From Octopus sinensis (lineage: Eukaryota): a stretch of 64,000 nt of DNA. The notes below the pieces were generated by a model that had not been told where the DNA came from, searched no databases, and saw only the letters and a program-made list of their open reading frames with translations. The stretch lies in assembly GCF_006345805.1 (NCBI RefSeq), contig NC_043003.1, forward strand, positions 39,432,001-39,496,000, in the 5' to 3' direction. The translations under genes were made by a program, and so were the position numbers. Below, in pieces: positions 1 through 13,194 of the stretch (positions are counted from its first letter, which is position 1; every line of letters begins with the position of its first letter).

Positions 1-207
1 CTTTATTTATCAAAATGTTATGAGGATAAAAATAAACATTCTTTCCTATAATGTTATTAAATAAAACCACCTTCAGCTTCAGCAACTGATTTTGTATGAA
101 ATCTAACTCATTCACATGCGCGAATCAAGTGGTTCTGGTTCATTTTAGTCCAAAACAACTCTTCATACTGAGCTCTACTCTTTCTCTCAATTTAACCATC
201 TCACATC

Positions 208-256
208 GTCACTGATGAATGGATATCCCTAGTATTCCAGAAACAGTTGTAAGACT
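208..256 (+). ncRNA. Degenerate minimal type-I hammerhead ribozyme motif (Penelope-type terminus)
   Basis: CTGATGA 212-218, stem II TGGA/TCCA, GAAA 240-243, stem III ACAGTTGT, GUA triplet, weak stem I gtc/gac; mismatches at the helix-closing positions. Confidence 0.5.
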
Positions 257-334
257 AACTTTCTCTTTATAAATGTCCTGAAAATTCCTCACAGTCTGGG
301 CTTCGTTGTCTCATTTCATTTTACATGTGCGCGT

Positions 335-365
<31 letters not shown>

Positions 366-605
366 CATGTGTGTGTGTGTGCTTGTCTTTGTCTCACCAC
401 CATCTCTGACAGCTGATGTGGGTGTGCTTACGTCCCCGTAACATAGCGGTTCGGCAAAAAAGACCCGATAGACTAAGTACTAGGTTTACAAAGAATAGGG
501 GTTGGGGTAGATTTCTTCGACTAAAATACTTAAAGGCGGTGCTTCAGCATGGCAACAGTCAAATGACTGAAACATGTAAAAGAATAAAAGAATAAAATAT
601 ATAAA

Positions 606-682
<77 letters not shown>

Positions 683-1265
683 TGCGTGTGTGAGTGTATG
701 TGTGGCTTATCAGGTGTTTTCGATTTGTCCTTGCTATTGTTCCTATAGCTGTCAAAACCCGTCACCGTTTCTTTTCGACTACTTATTTACCCTACTTCTA
801 GCGCTTGTTCGATTTTGTGACTTTCCGACAACTTTTTCTATATTCGCTTCTCCTCGCCCTCGCTTACTTACTTCCGCCTCTAACTTCTCCCCCCCCCCCA
901 CTAGACACACACATACACATACATGTGTTATATACTTTTCTGCGCGCACAGAAATATGAAGCTTTCCGCTTTACTTCTTTTGACAATCATCATACATAGA
1001 GAGAAATTTCGACAGTTAGTACTTAAAATGACAAGCTCTCGTCTTGTGTACAAGCATTATTTAAGGCACGCATTATCCTGCGAAACATATTACTTGTCTA
1101 TGTAAAATTTTTGCTTCTCTTTCTGGATTATTACAACAAGCCATTTTAGAGAGTAGATATTACTTAGTAAAATATCAGGTAAGGTTGTTAATTATATCTT
1201 TGATTACCGCCTTGTACTTTATATATATATACCTATATATATACATGTGTGTGTGTGTCTGTAAG

Positions 1266-1321
<56 letters not shown>

Positions 1322-1328
1322 TGTGTGT

Positions 1329-1632
1329 GGAGGCGCAATGGCCTAGTGGTTAGGGCAGCGGACTCGCGGTCGCAGGATCGCGGTTTCGATTCCCAGACCG
1401 TACACAATGCCTGTACACAAGACGGGAGCTTGTGTGTGTTTATTGAGCGAAAACACCTAAAAAGGGGGTGGTGATCCCTGCTGTACTCTTTCACCACTCT
1501 TTCTCCCACTCTTTCTTCTGTTGGCCTGCTCGCTTAGCCAGCGGGGTGGCGTGTTTCGAAGGCTAAAACAATGCGAATGCATTGTGACCAGCGATGTGTA
1601 ACAACATCTGATGGTCTGGTCGGTCACGTGAT

Positions 1633-1640
<8 letters not shown>
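1329..1640 (+). mobile_element. tRNA-derived SINE (tRNA-Arg-like head; octopus OR-type)
   Basis: A-box TGGCCTAGTGG and B-box-like GGTTTCGATTCC head, ending in (TA)n; related copies at 54561-54830 (+) and 18601-18750 (-). Confidence 0.8.
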
Positions 1641-1671
<31 letters not shown>

Positions 1672-1675
1672 TATA

Positions 1676-1730
<55 letters not shown>

Positions 1731-1825
1731 ATATATATATGTGCGTGTGTGTGTGTGTGCGTGCAATGATTATGACTATAGAGAATATAGAGACTGGTAC
1801 ATCCTCAAAATTTACAGCATATTTT

Positions 1826-2390
1826 TGGCGAAGGTAAATGAGGTGTACACCTCCCATTTGTATGCTTTCGATATTAGAAGAATACGATTTTGCCCCCAAA
1901 TCACGTTTCCTAAATTTTTATTTCCCCCACCCCGCCCCAATTTATTAACTTAATTTTTTTCGAATTCTTTTTTTTTTTATTAATCCACGGACAAAAATAC
2001 AGAGATTACGAATCTGGGAATTTTTTCTTCATTTTTTTTTCTTCCCACTTTACTCACCCATCACCTCCCCGCTTTCAAAAAATTAAAAAACTCAGAATGT
2101 TTCACTTTCGTCTTTTTCACGCATGCGTAGAATTCTATTGAAATAGCAGACGTTAAAAAATATCAGACCACCACCAGAAAACCCGATATGCTAGAAACAA
2201 CAGCTAAATTCGATAAAAAAAAATTAAAAAGTTGGAGCGCGGTTGGAGATAAAAAAAAATTTTGAAAACGTGATTTTTAGGCAAAATCGTATTCTCCTAT
2301 ATCGAAAACATAGAAATCCGAGAAAAAAAAATTAAAAAAAAAAGAAAACCATCGGAAATGTATGGTGTACACGTCCTTTACCTTCGCCAT
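1826..2390. mobile_element. Degenerate MITE/foldback element
   Basis: Inverted ends ggcgaaggtaaa…ggtgtacac…atacgattttgcc…aaatcacgttt versus aaacgtgattt…ggcaaaatcgtat…ggtgtacac…tttaccttcgcc. Confidence 0.6.
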
Positions 2391-2679
2391 GGTTGAAAGA
2401 TCCTGAACGAAACGGGGCAAGATTTCCGCCCGTCCCCACCCTTAAACCACACTTTTTCAAATTTTTCTTTTGACACAACTTCGGCTACGGAGAATACTAA
2501 TCTGCAAAAAAAAATTGGCAAAAATCGAAATTTCTAAATTACTACCCCACCCACCCCCATTTCCTTCATTTTTAACTTTTTTCACAATTTTTTTTTTTCA
2601 AAATATGCGGAAAAATACGGAGATTATGATTCTGAAAAACAAATTCCCAAAATCTTTGTAAATTTTTTTTTTAAGAATG

Positions 2680-2843
2680 GACAGGCTGTGTGGTAAGTAG
2701 CTTGCTTACAAACCACATGGTTCCAGGTTCAGTTCCACCGCATGGCATCTTGGACAAGTGTCTTCTACTATAGCTTCGGGCCGACCAAAGCCTCGTGAGT
2801 GGATTTGGTAGGCGGAAACTGAAAGAAGCGCGTCGTAAACATG

Positions 2844-2889
<46 letters not shown>

Positions 2890-3080
2890 TCCCTCCAACA
2901 ACGCTTGACAACCGATGCTGGTGTGTTTACGTCTCCGTAACTTAGCGGTTCGGCGAAAGAGACCGATAGAATAAGTTCTCGGCTTACAAAGAATAAGTCC
3001 TGGGTCGATTTGCTTGACTAAAGGCGGTACTCTTGCATGGCCACAGTCAAATGACTGAAACAAGTAAAAGAGTAAAGAGT
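2680..3080 (+). mobile_element. Abundant composite tRNA-head SINE (head + (TA)n(TG)n + conserved 3' body)
   Basis: GGCTGTGTGGTAAGTAGCTTGC…ACCTTGGGCAAGTGTCTTC…GACTGAAACAAGTAAAAGAG. About 20 full or partial copies, e.g. 330-590, 17550-17700, 17820-18225, 25379-25790, 26122-26515, 30325-30480, 38455-38897, 39545-40140, 47515-47960, 53480-53700, 54870-55030, 60260-60560, 61620-61790, 62680-63075. Confidence 0.85.
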
Positions 3081-3180
3081 ACATCAAAGAGGGACAAAAA
3101 ACGAGGAGGGTAGCCAAAGGTTATTAGAAACAATTACCAAATCTCCTTTAAATCACACACCTTTTCGTCTGAAAATATTT

Positions 3181-3862
3181 ACATTTTTTAAATTTTTACC
3201 GAAAAGGCTTCTCCCATGTTTTTTAAGTGCGTAGTGCAAAAAAAGATTTAGCCAGAACTGTTCTGGAAGTGGGAGGCCAGGAAAGGGAGGGGTGAGAAGG
3301 GGAGGGCAGGAGGCGAGAAGGGGAAGGAACAGGGAGTGAGAAGGGTGACGAGAAGGAAGCGAGAAGGGCGTGAGAAGGGCGGTGAGAAGCGAGAAGGGAT
3401 GTGTGAAAAAAAAATCATAAATTTTCAAAAAGATTTTTCATCAAAAGATGCCCCTCTCACACATCATTTCGAAGGCTGTAGTGAAAAGTAAATTCGAAAA
3501 GTCACCGTCAAAACGGAGAAAATCGACGTCCTAATCCGAAACGTCGCCTCCTAGAAGACTTTCGAAATAGCAAACCCACACAAGATGGATTTTCTCCGTT
3601 TTGACGAGAATTTTTCAAATTTCTTTTTTTCACCGCATTTTTACAAATGATGGGCGGAGCGAGTTTCCGGACCACTTTCATCCATTTTTTCTTCGCACTT
3701 AAAAACAATGGAAAACGCCTTTTCAGTCTAAATAAAAATTGAAAAATTCATTAATTTTTTCAACATCCCATTCCCACTCAGTATCGATTTTGTTATCAAT
3801 GTTTTATAACACTACACACTTAAAAAGCCTAGGGAGAAACCTTGAAGGTTAAAAAAAAATGT
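3181..3862. mobile_element. MITE-like element with about 55-bp imperfect TIRs
   Basis: aaggcttctcccatgttttttaagtgcgtagtg near 3205 is the reverse complement (with mismatches) of cactacacacttaaaaagcctagggagaaacctt near 3810; internal perfect 19-bp inverted repeat at 3506-3524/3588-3606. Confidence 0.6.
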
Positions 3863-4569
3863 TTGGAAATCGGCGTTCACCATTATAATCCCCACTTCCT
3901 TTATTTTCAAATAGAAAATGTAACTAAATTTAAAAACAGTAATAAATTTTAAAAGAATTTTTATTAACTCCCCCGCCCCAACCCTACAAATCCTAAAATT
4001 TCAAATGTTTTCGAATTTTTTAAAATCAGAATTTTAAAATACGGTCAGTCTAAAACTACAATTTGTTTCTGTTTATAATTTCAAAATAATTTTCAGATGA
4101 AAAGGTGTGTTATTTAAGGGAGATTTAGATGTCGTTTCTAGCACATCCCACAGCCACCTGATGACTTCCTCGTTTCTTTGTCGCTCTCGTATTGATGATT
4201 TTCAAAATTTTTCTCCCCATAAGCATTTATTATGGAATGATAATGCGATCGTCTATTGCAGGAATTTGAGCAACAACAAAATTATTAGAATATTTAACCT
4301 CCACTCCACATCAGGTAACTCCGTACCCTTACCGTACCTCTTTTAAATCACTCTGTTGCCCTTATGACATTCATTACACACATGCATGCGCATACACACA
4401 CACACACACACATAGCGAGTGCTATATTCTTTTATAGAGAGCGAGAAAGTTCGGCATGAGAAAATGAAACAGACAGATAAACGAGAGAAGGGGAAAGAGA
4501 GAGAGTGAATGCCGCCATTTTATTGTATTCTACATTCTAAAACACTTGTAATTCGCATTTAAAGAAAAA

Positions 4570-5376
4570 AATTTGGATCTTTACCTTTTGACCGGCAGAT
4601 TTAGAAAATAATCTTTTGTAACTAAACACTTTCAAACTTCGTATACTGGTAGAATGTGTCATATAAAACATCTTTTACTCTTAACGTTTTTGAGAAAAGT
4701 TTATGTTTACGAAGTTATTTCATGTTAAAGTTCTCGTATTTCGGTAATTTCAACCAATCAATGACGTGTATCCAGCTGAAGAAAATTACTGCCGTTGTTT
4801 GTCAACAACTATCGGCAGTGTATATTTCGTTTGTCAGTGTTATTTATAACATCGTTCATGCGTTTGTACTGGTTTTAGCTTTAAGGGTTAGGGTTGGGGT
4901 TTTAGGGTTAGAGTTACAGAAAAATGAAGAAATTGGAGGGGTAGGGGGCAAAAAAGTCTTTCTGAAAATAGTAGCTGAAAAACAGGAAAAAAGAAAACTA
5001 AAAGCAGTAGAAATGCACGAACGATTATGGTGGTGCCATGAAGTAAACATGCTTCAGATACACTCGTTTATTCATACAAACCTAACTGAGATGAAATATG
5101 TCATAAATAACAGTGACAAACGAAATATACACAGCTGGAAGTTGTTGTTGACAAACAACAACAGTAATTTTTATGCAGCTGAATACACGTCATTGATTGG
5201 TTGAAATTACCGAAATACGAGAACTTTAACACGAAATAACTTCGTAAACATGAACTTTTCTCAAAAACATTAAGAGCAAAAGACGTTTTATATGACACAT
5301 TCTACCAGTATACGAAGTTTGAAACTGTTTAGTTACAAAAAATCATTCTCTAAATCTACCGGTAAAGATCCAAAAT
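4570..5376. mobile_element. Foldback/MITE with about 240-bp TIRs and an internal TTAGGG-like tract
   Basis: 4570-4812 is an imperfect reverse complement of about 5135-5376; ggttagggttggggttttagggttag at about 4885-4910. Confidence 0.75.
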
Positions 5377-6599
5377 TCTTATCCCTTTTAATTTTAGGAT
5401 GGACGTTCTTTTCGTTATTTTTTGTCTGCTTTAGCCACGAACTCTTACTGTGCAGTCTTCAAAATTACTTGTTACATTATTTGAAATATGTTTTCTATTA
5501 ATTGTTCCTTAATATGTTAACCTATTTTTTCTTGCTATTCGTTTGTGCAATTTGTTTTTGTGTCGTCTTTTCACTTCATTTAGTATTGCAATATCTCGTA
5601 CCGTGTTTGTGTCTGGTACCATTTTCAATGAGCAAATATGGCTAGCACATGTTAGTAAAATTTATAAAAACAAATCTTTTTCTTTCTACTTGATGGTATT
5701 GGAGGTAGGCCTTCCTCTGATAACTATATCCTTCAAGAAAAAGTTAATTTACATATTGTACAACCGATGTTTCTCGCCACTTTGGGTTACCTAAGTGGAT
5801 ATATCTGCACAAAATTTTATTATTGTGAACTGTGGAAAGCAGTATTACTCCACAGATTCAAAAGCACAAAAAACTCTCCTTACGCCGCGCGAGAAGTGGA
5901 GACACTTATTGCAAAAGATGGCTTTTCATATTTTTTTTAATTTTTATTCAAATATCTCTTAAATGTCTCTTTACAGAGCCACTTTTGGAGATGGATCCGA
6001 AAACTGTACCTGCAGAAGATTCTGAAAAGTATTGCAGAAGCAGAAAATACCACTTCTTTTTTTCTTTTGTTTCTTTTTTTATCCCTGGTCGGACGATTTC
6101 ATATTTATCAGGATAAAATTTATTGCTAAACATATCGGATCCTTATTCACCATTTGTGCTTAATTACAAAAAATCTAAAAGCATGATGACCAGATATTTT
6201 TAACGGTGTAACAGAATATATTATTATTTCAAATTACATTTCGTCCTGAATTCAACTTTAATTTTCAAGGAATTTATTAGAGACTGTTGATACGTTTGGA
6301 AGATAAAAACGGAAAGTGTATTAATTTAGTATAGAATGTTCAAAAACCAATTTAACCAGTTAGAGATATTTTGCAAAGTTCGCGAGCAACATTGGAGTAC
6401 TGTTCATGTATTTGGTATGCTGTTACTGCTATAACATAAAAGGGTTATTGATCTTCGACTCGACTGATTACCAGACAACCATTCACTACACCTTCGAGCT
6501 CTGATTAACTGACAAAAATCAAATCACAAAAAACTTTTCAACCACTGGTTCAAATACATCTGATTGATTGACTAATATTCTATCATCAACACATTTCAA

Positions 6600-7095
6600 T
6601 TACAAGCTTATAGACGAGTTATTTTTCTCGTTCTGTATGCCTGATCTCCAAACTTCTCTCTAAACATTAGCTTCAAGGTTCATCCAAGACTTGGACCACG
6701 GGCTATACGTCCCCTGCCCAATTCAAGATCACAACATACATGTACACTGCAACATAATTTCTTTTCCTCAACAGGCCCTGCCCTATTTAACATTGTCCCG
6801 AGGGAGATCAAAGAGGAAAAGGATCCCATCAACTTTAAACAGAGTCTGGATAGATTCCTTCAAAGAATACCAGATAAGCCACCCATAATTGGATACAACT
6901 CACCCAACAAGAACTCACTACTTGAACAAAACTGGATACAACTCACCCAACAAGAACTCACTACTTGAACAAAACTTGACTTAAACAAAACTTGACTTAA
7001 ATAGGATTCGAATAATCCTATCAGGTGGTGCTATTAAGTTAGACATGGCCTGGACCAATCTTTGGTCGAAACATATCTAAGTTTATCTAAGTCTA
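6600..7095 (+). mobile_element. CR1-like LINE 3' fragment
   Basis: Translates to FKVHPRLGPRAIRP…GPALFNIVPREIKEEKDP…SLDRFLQRIPDKPP; ends in the same 3' UTR/8-mer tail family as the copies at 10630 and 12222. Confidence 0.75.
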
Positions 7096-7876
7096 AACAC
7101 ATCGCTGCCATTTCATTCCCAGAACAACAACACATCTTTCAGAATCTTCTCATTGGTTATATATTACTCTGAAAAGGCCATAAACAACTTCTTTTCACAG
7201 ATTTAATAATAATAAGAAGAAGAAGAATGACAACAACAATCTGAGCCAAAAGGGAGCCTATAGTCGTTCTACCAATGAGAAATAACCGAACCATCTTTAG
7301 AAAATGACACCGTTCCAAAATTACTAAATGCGAAAAAATAACAAACAGAAAAAATTAAAACAGACAGATGATCACGTATTGAACGATCTTTATTTGTTGG
7401 ATTTAGACTGACCTTCGGCTTAAACATCAATAATTTGGTCTCAGTTCTGTTGAGTTCTATGGTGTTCGCCACATTTATGTAGACAGAGGGGAAATATCTA
7501 TTGCAAGTGATGCACACAGGAGTTCTGCTTTTAATGGAATCAAGAATTTCGGTGTCCAGTAATGCAAAAATCTCAATTCTTCTATCACCGCATCAATCTG
7601 AAAACATCGCAACTTTCAATAAGCTATAGATTTACGTCAGTATTTTTATTCTAATTATCTGAATTTAATATTGTAGCCCTTTTAAGAAGCATATTATAGC
7701 ACCATCAACTTCAGAATTGATAGGAATGCATCTAGACACACAACATTAAAATTTCTAAAGCCATTCTAAATATCATAGACAAAATTTTCCAAGTGAAGAA
7801 CAAGACCAAATCGAAAGAACATAAATATCAATACACGATACAATATTTATATAGATAACAACAACAGCAACAAATA

Positions 7877-8030
7877 ATGGCTTCTATTGATGAACGTATC
7901 AAGTCATATGTAATTTCCATATTAACTATATTCATGATGTGCCAATTTCTGTTGGCAATTCTAGCATCCCAAAGAACTCCCGTTGGCACTCTCTCTTTCA
8001 GTTACAGGAACACACAGGCGATATTTCAGG
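7877..8030 (+). CDS. GCNT-like exon 1 (cytoplasmic tail and signal-anchor helix)
   Basis: MASIDERIKSYVISILTIFMMCQFLLAILAS has a short charged N-terminus followed by a hydrophobic helix. Strong donor CAGG|gtgagt at 8030/8031 is phase 1, matching the acceptor at 15130 (G|AT = Asp). Confidence 0.75.
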
Positions 8031-10257
8031 GTGAGTACATAGTCTCATATTTTATGGGAATTTGACATGTAAGCCCAATGTAGAATGCGCGCACCCCTCC
8101 ACACACACACGCACTCACACTCACACACACATACTCTCATACACACAAAACACACGCACAACACACATAAAACACATGCATACGTACATACACACACATA
8201 CACAAAACATACGCACATGCACACAACACACACACATACACACACAACACACAAAACACACACAAAACATTCACACACGCCACACAGACAAGGTCTTCCA
8301 TATTTAAGGAGCTAGACGTCAGGTTTATTTAGCTAGGGCTGTAGCAGATAGGAAAATATCTGCCTATGTCGTACAGGGTGAAGATCAGACTTGAGGTGTC
8401 CCGGATTGCTAGACAGTATGTCAGAGAGAATCGAGATGTTGTGGCAGAGGTGTGTGCACGGATGGATAATGGTATGCTTGTACTTAGTGATTCTGACAAG
8501 AAAGAGGCATGGAAGAGTTGCTATACAAGGCTATTAAATGTGGAGAATGAATATCATAAAGGGAATCTCCCACGTGTGAACCTAACAAAGGAACTATCTA
8601 TCTTAGTATGGTAGATAAGACAAAGATATGAAAACAGGGAAAGCATCTGGACCATCTGGAGTCACTGGTGAGACCCTCAAAATATCTGGTAGAGTAGGAA
8701 TACGGATTTTTCAAATCCACATGCACCAAATACACATAAGACATCCCCAAAATATCTGGTAGGGTAGGATACGGGTTAGCCAAACTCAAATGCACCAAAT
8801 ACACATAAGTCACACACTAACAGAAAGCACCAGTTTCTGCCCATAAGGTAACCCATGATATAAACACACACACACACACACAGCTTATGTCCACACAAAC
8901 ATTTGAACTCTATAAACAAATCATCTGTGGTTGTACGAGAAGAAACTGTCAAACCCTCATACGTCGTCTAACGACGGGAGAGTCCATCATATGTATATGT
9001 AAACATTTATATATATATATATAAATATACATACATATATATACATACATATTTTATATATTGTTATTTCGCACGTTCGAATAGCGTGCTTTCGACAATA
9101 ACGTACCTCTACTCAACAACCGAACTCTCACTTCCGACGATTCGACTCAACAGAACTCGACGTCTAGTCTACACACCGTTTCTTTATTTTGGCTCTACGG
9201 CCATAACATAGAGGGGATAGCACAAGACAAAGCAATACATTGGACTAAATGAAAGTACATTTCGGATGAATTATGAATATAATTTAAATGGGTAGTTCCA
9301 TTTCACTGTTTTTTAAATTACAGTTTTAATTTACCGTCTTGTGTCTTTTCCTTAACACAAAATTACAACAAATGCTGTATTAATTCGTCAAAAAATACAA
9401 CGTGCGGCAGCTCATCGTATCTATACTGAAATTGTGTTATTTCAACACTTTTTTTTCTAAATAGTTCTACTATCCACTCCCCTCTTTCTCTCTCCAACAG
9501 CATACCCTTCTTACCTTCAAGGTTTCCCATTTTCACTCTGATTATATTTTTCATTTTTGTTACTCTCTTTTCAATTTCGACCCTTTTTTTTCATATAGTA
9601 CGAGGATTCTTAAGTGTTTCCCTGTAGGTTTCGTTCTCTGATATCCTTTACCACTCTCTTCGTCCGTCATAAATGTCTCTGTCTCTTTCGTTTCCTTTCT
9701 TCTTTCGCACTCCTTCTTCCTTGCTCGTTGAAGGCGACGGTTCGTGCGTTCGCATTTCACTTGGTTTTTCATTTGGTTTTTCATTTTGTCTCTTTTCTTT
9801 CTTATCCTTCTCTTCGTTTGTCTTTCTTTTTTTTCTCCTTGGGGCTTTTTGGTGGTGGTTCTAATTTCTTTTCACCACCGTAAATGGTTCCTCCATTTTT
9901 TCTTCCTCTACGGCTGTACTCTCTTCTTGAATTTCTTTTTCTGTTATTTCCTCATCGTGTTTCTGGGAACACTTGGCTTTCATGTGTCCCCTTACTCCAC
10001 ACAAAAAACATATTGGAAGTGTACCCTCCACAACAATCCTCAATCTAGTCTCATCCGGCAAAACCAGCTCTTCCACAATCTTATGGAGGTCTGGCAGACT
10101 TATATGGACTGTCACCTCTAGCCCATATCCCCATCACTTCACCTCCGGAATTTTTGACATTTTCAAAATTTCTGCATCTTCCTCTGTATGGTAGAGTATG
10201 GCTGCCACCAGCCAGGTCTCGTCAATTTCAGGAGGAACTCTACCTATCCTTACCAGC

Positions 10258-10317
<60 letters not shown>

Positions 10318-10324
10318 ATCTATA

Positions 10325-10358
<34 letters not shown>

Positions 10359-11471
10359 GAGAGAGAGAGAGAGTATTGGCCTGTCAGTATGTAATTTGGA
10401 GATAACTTGTTCGTTATCAACGACTACGTATGAAGTGTAGGTAATAATATATGTATTTTTTGTTATACTGTTATTTGTTTTATACTCTTGGAGTTAGAGA
10501 AAGAGAGAGAGAGAGGGAGAGAGAGAAATAGAAGTGAAGTCAAGATAAAGGAAAAAGAGGTAATTAAGTACAGATATGAGAGCAGCATCCCTTTGTTAAA
10601 GATTAGGATTCGAAGTAAGGCGGGGAGAGATATAACTTTGATAACTTTGATGGGTTTCGTCTAGTATAGGCCCAGGCCATTTCTAACTTAATAGCACCAC
10701 CTGGTGAAGTCTTCTAGTCATATATGGGGCACCATAGCAACGTTAGTAAAGAGTTATTAGTGTTGGAGACATATCCGGGTGTAGAAATTAGTCCGGGAGT
10801 TTTTAAAGAAATTTTACCAGTGAACATTTGAATTTTTGGGGATCCGTTTCCGATTTGATGTATTTTGGTATTAGTATTAAAGAGAGCTGGACCTGTTGAG
10901 GTAAAGTAATTGTGACGTTATGTTGCTATGTGTACCGAGTTCGATTTTTTGTAGTGGGCGGATAGCACGGGGGCCAAGTCCTGGATGGATTTTAAAATTG
11001 ATGCCAATATCATTTGTACAATATTGATAGAATATTTTCCACGTAACACAAATGATGTAGAGCTCCCGGCGGTCTTGAAGAGAGTAGAGATTGAGTTTTT
11101 AGTCGACCCAACTAATCAATACCTCTCATGCTGCCTATCTTTCTTGTGATTGACCTACTTTCATAGAGTTGCTTCGTATCGGGGGACCACAGTATTCAAG
11201 GTTGGGTAGGGCAAAACTAGAGTAGAGAAGGATGATGGTGTAGGCATCTCCAGCTCGGAAAGTTCTCAGAATCCAGAAGCACATCTTACGGGCCAAGTCA
11301 ACCTTGCTGTTTACATGAAAACTCCAGCTTAGATTGTTATGAACAATTACTTCAAGGTCTCTGGTGAGTCATGGTCCAGAGAGTTAATGGTAGTATCACG
11401 TACGAATGTTTTTTTTTCTCTGATAAACGAATATATTCATCTTCTGTTATCTTTTCGTTGCCATATATGTG

Positions 11472-11526
<55 letters not shown>

Positions 11527-11807
11527 ATATATATATATATATATATATGTCTATGACACTTATCTAATTGCACCTCAAAGGCGGTGAGCTGGCAGAAACG
11601 TTAGCACGCCGGGCGAAATGCGTAGCCGTATTTCGTCTGCCGCTACGTTCTGAGTTCAAATTCCGCCGAGGTCGACTTTGCCTTTCATCCTTTCGGGGTC
11701 GATAAATAAAGTACCAGTTACGCACTGGGGTCGATGTAATCGACTTAATCCCTTTGTCTGTCCTTGTTTGTCCCTTCTATGTTTAGCCCCTTGTGGGCAG
11801 TAAGGAA

Positions 11808-11838
<31 letters not shown>

Positions 11839-13155
11839 ATAATGGACTCTTGGACTCTCTCGTCGTGTTCAACGCACGGAGGCCAAGGAATTTTACATTT
11901 TTCTCTTTTTCTTTTCTTTTATCAAGTTGATCTTGATAAAAAGTGAAGTGAACAAATCCTTTGAGCAACCCACACAGGTATTTGTTTAAAGTGACAATGG
12001 TTTTTATGGGAACATTTATTCGTTTTGGTATTACTGATAATAACACGTGTACCAAAAGACTGATGAACAATAGAACACGGATGGCCGTTTCATCGTCCTT
12101 TGACATGTCCTGTTTTTCCTTCCGCTAGCTGTCTAATAATCACTCTTCTCACCCAGCAAGTTTGATGGGGGTTGCTGGTTACATTCATACATACATATAT
12201 ATATAATATATATATATATATATACTTTGATACTTTGATACTTTGATAGGTTTCGGCCATTATTGTCCCAGGCCATGTCTAACTTAATAGCACCACCTGG
12301 TGAAGTCTTTCAAGTCAGAATTTGGGCACTATGGCCCACTCAAGTAGAGAGTTATTGCTTACAGAGACATATCCGGGTGTAGGGGGTTTATCCGGGATTT
12401 CTTGAAGGAATCTGTCCAAAGACTTCTTGAACCCTATAGGGTCAGTTCTGTTTTAATGTGTTTTGGTGTAATGTTAAAGAGAGCGGGGCCAATTGAGGTG
12501 AAATAATTGTGCCGTACTGTGTTATGAGATGAGAGTGCGATTTTTGTTTTGGGCGGATGGCACGGGGCCCAAGCCTTGATGTACCTTAAAGGTGATGCCA
12601 ACATCATTTGGGCAATGCTGATGGAATATTTTCCACATCATGCAGATGATGTAGCGCTCACGACGACGTTGGAGAGAATAAAGTTTTAGCTTTTCTAGTC
12701 GATCCAATAGTCGAGGCTGTCATGCCATCTGTCTTTTTTGTGATTGCCCTTTGAGGTGCTTCAACTTTTATGATACTTTGTATTGTGTGGGGAGAATACA
12801 GTGGACAACAGTATTCAAGGTGGGGTCGGGCAAAAGTGGAGAAGAGAAGGATAATGGTGTGGATATCTCTCGACTGGAAAGTTCTGAGAATCCAGGATCA
12901 CATTCTGCGGGCCATGTCAACTTTGGTGTTTATATGAGTGGCCCAGCTTATGTTGTTGTCCACAATTACTCCCAAGTCTCTGATGTTGTTGGACGCCACG
13001 AGAGTTTCACCTGAAGGAAGGGAGTATGGGAGTTTCAGGGCATCCTCTTTAATAATAACAAAATAATAAATAAAACATATGCATATATACATACATATAT
13101 GTACGTACCTACATCTGTATGTATATATACATTCATATATGGGTACAGGACACCT

Positions 13156-13194
<39 letters not shown>

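Noticed and set aside
923-1184. Short ORF and CAG|gtaagg donor at 1178/1179 as a possible 5' exon of GCNT
   Set aside because: No homology or supporting evidence; cannot be supported without transcripts.
1329-1400. tRNA-Arg gene
   Set aside because: The tRNA-like head continues into a repeated SINE body with other copies; there is no proper acceptor stem.
4656-5298. 182-aa ORF and a mirror-image 65-aa ORF
   Set aside because: Both come from the two arms of the foldback element.
12060-12130. CTGATGA on + and GAAACGGCCAT on - as a hammerhead
   Set aside because: The two core halves are on opposite strands and no consistent stems form.
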